This document shows, one piece after another, positions 4,945-5,625 of a stretch of 5,625 bases of DNA. Numbering within the stretch: position 1 is the stretch's first letter; each line of letters opens with the position of its first letter. Position numbers and translations under genes: made by a program. The notes under the pieces were generated by a model, which ran no database searches, had not been told where the DNA came from, and worked only from the letters and a program-made list of their open reading frames with translations. The stretch comes from a virus (lineage: Duplodnaviria; Heunggongvirae; Uroviricota; Caudoviricetes), in IMG/VR virus record IMGVR_UViG_2660238352_000014. One strand, 5' to 3'.

Positions 4945-5277
4945 ATGAAAATGAAAAGAAATCTTCCGTTAATTATTTTGTTGTCTTCTCTGGTTATGGG
5001 CTGTACGCAACATAAAACAGATATGCCCCGACAGTTGGTTAAGGCATTACCACAATATCCGGCCTATGCAGCGGCAAATTATATAAAGGGACGGGTTGAT
5101 GTGAAGTTTGATATTGGTGCTGATGGTACTGTCACCCGAATTGAGTTTATCCGTTCAGAGCCGCACCATTTGTTTGATGAGCAGGTTGTAAAGGCGATGG
5201 CAAAATGGCGATTTGAGAAGGACAGGCCGTGTAAAGGCGTGAAGAAAACGTTTATCTTTAGTCCTTCTGCACCCTGA
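4945..5277 (+). CDS. Probable lipoprotein consisting of a stand-alone TonB C-terminal domain (TonB_C fold); start at ATG 4945 or 4951
   Basis: N-terminal signal peptide with lipobox-like LVMGC. The remainder aligns by eye with the E. coli TonB C-terminal domain: PQYPAYAAANYIKGRVDVKFDIGADGTVTRIEFIRSEPHHLFDEQVVKAMAKWRFEKDRP against TonB [60 protein letters not shown]. There is no TonB N-terminal TM anchor and no proline-rich spacer. Confidence 0.7.
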   Translation: MKMKRNLPLIILLSSLVMGCTQHKTDMPRQLVKALPQYPAYAAANYIKGRVDVKFDIGADGTVTRIEFIRSEPHHLFDEQVVKAMAKWRFEKDRPCKGVKKTFIFSPSAP

Positions 5278-5408
5278 TTATTTCATCAGAAATTAATTAT
5301 CACTCTGTTGTTATTCTGTACATCCCGGCAGGGTAAGTCTTGTTCCGTCGGATATGAAGATGAAATATTGTTGGAGGACAGTGGGTACCTGCTCCTGTAA
5401 CCGAACGT

Positions 5409-5609
5409 TCATTTCTCGTTATTTTTCATGCTGGCCGGGCGCAGATGCGTTGCATCTGTTGCCAGCCTTCTCCTGCAGGCTTCAATAACCCACGCTGAAA
5501 AGTTACCGGACCCTTTATGCTCAAGGGCGATGCTGATCTGTTCAATCATGTGATTGGGGAAACGGATATTGCGGGTTGTGGTTCTGCGGGTCCGGTTTTT
5601 CGATGACAT
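5409..5609 (-). CDS. Small conserved lambdoid-prophage protein (66 aa), ribbon-helix-helix-like; resembles the YlcI/YnfO-type proteins found upstream of terminase genes in E. coli prophages (from memory)
   Basis: Good SD (AAGGAA) upstream of the minus-strand ATG at 5609-5607. The motif TRNIRFPNHMIEQISIALEHKGSGNFSAWVIEACRRRL is consistent with a beta-strand followed by two helices. Convergent with the TonB-C gene. Confidence 0.6.
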   Translation of the reverse strand: MSSKNRTRRTTTRNIRFPNHMIEQISIALEHKGSGNFSAWVIEACRRRLATDATHLRPASMKNNEK

Positions 5610-5625
5610 ATTTATTTCCTTTACT

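Noticed and set aside
4567-5015. ORF-track entries 4567..4842 (+) and 4764..5015 (+) in the region between the 74-aa ORF and the TonB-C gene
   Set aside because: Mutually overlapping, lacking SD sequences, with Arg/Cys-rich low-complexity translations; the second runs through the promoter and palindrome and into the TonB-C gene out of frame. The region is more likely non-coding or regulatory.
1-5625. CRISPR arrays, IS elements or integrase and attachment sites
   Set aside because: No regularly spaced direct repeats, no terminal inverted repeats flanking a transposase-like ORF, and no recombinase-like ORF were seen in any frame.

Overview
This window looks like the late-region lysis cassette of a lambdoid (phage 21 / Stx-phage-like) prophage from an enterobacterium, all on the + strand except two small genes. 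It opens with the 3' end of a large upstream ORF whose C-terminus looks like a lectin-type jelly-roll domain, followed by two small ORFs. The lysis genes are a phage-21-type pinholin (71 aa, dual-start), a SAR endolysin (177 aa, E-8aa-D-5aa-T catalytic triad) and Rz with embedded Rz1. The cassette is interrupted twice: a lower-GC two-gene convergent module sits exactly between holin and endolysin, and two tandem single-pass membrane peptides sit between the endolysin and Rz. Downstream are a 74-aa ORF, a ~330-bp non-coding stretch, a lipoprotein that is essentially a stand-alone TonB C-terminal domain with its own promoter-like signals and a perfect palindrome, and a minus-strand ribbon-helix-helix-like small protein. 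I found no tRNA, rRNA, CRISPR array, IS element or cos site. All homology statements are from memory and by-eye alignment; no searches were run.
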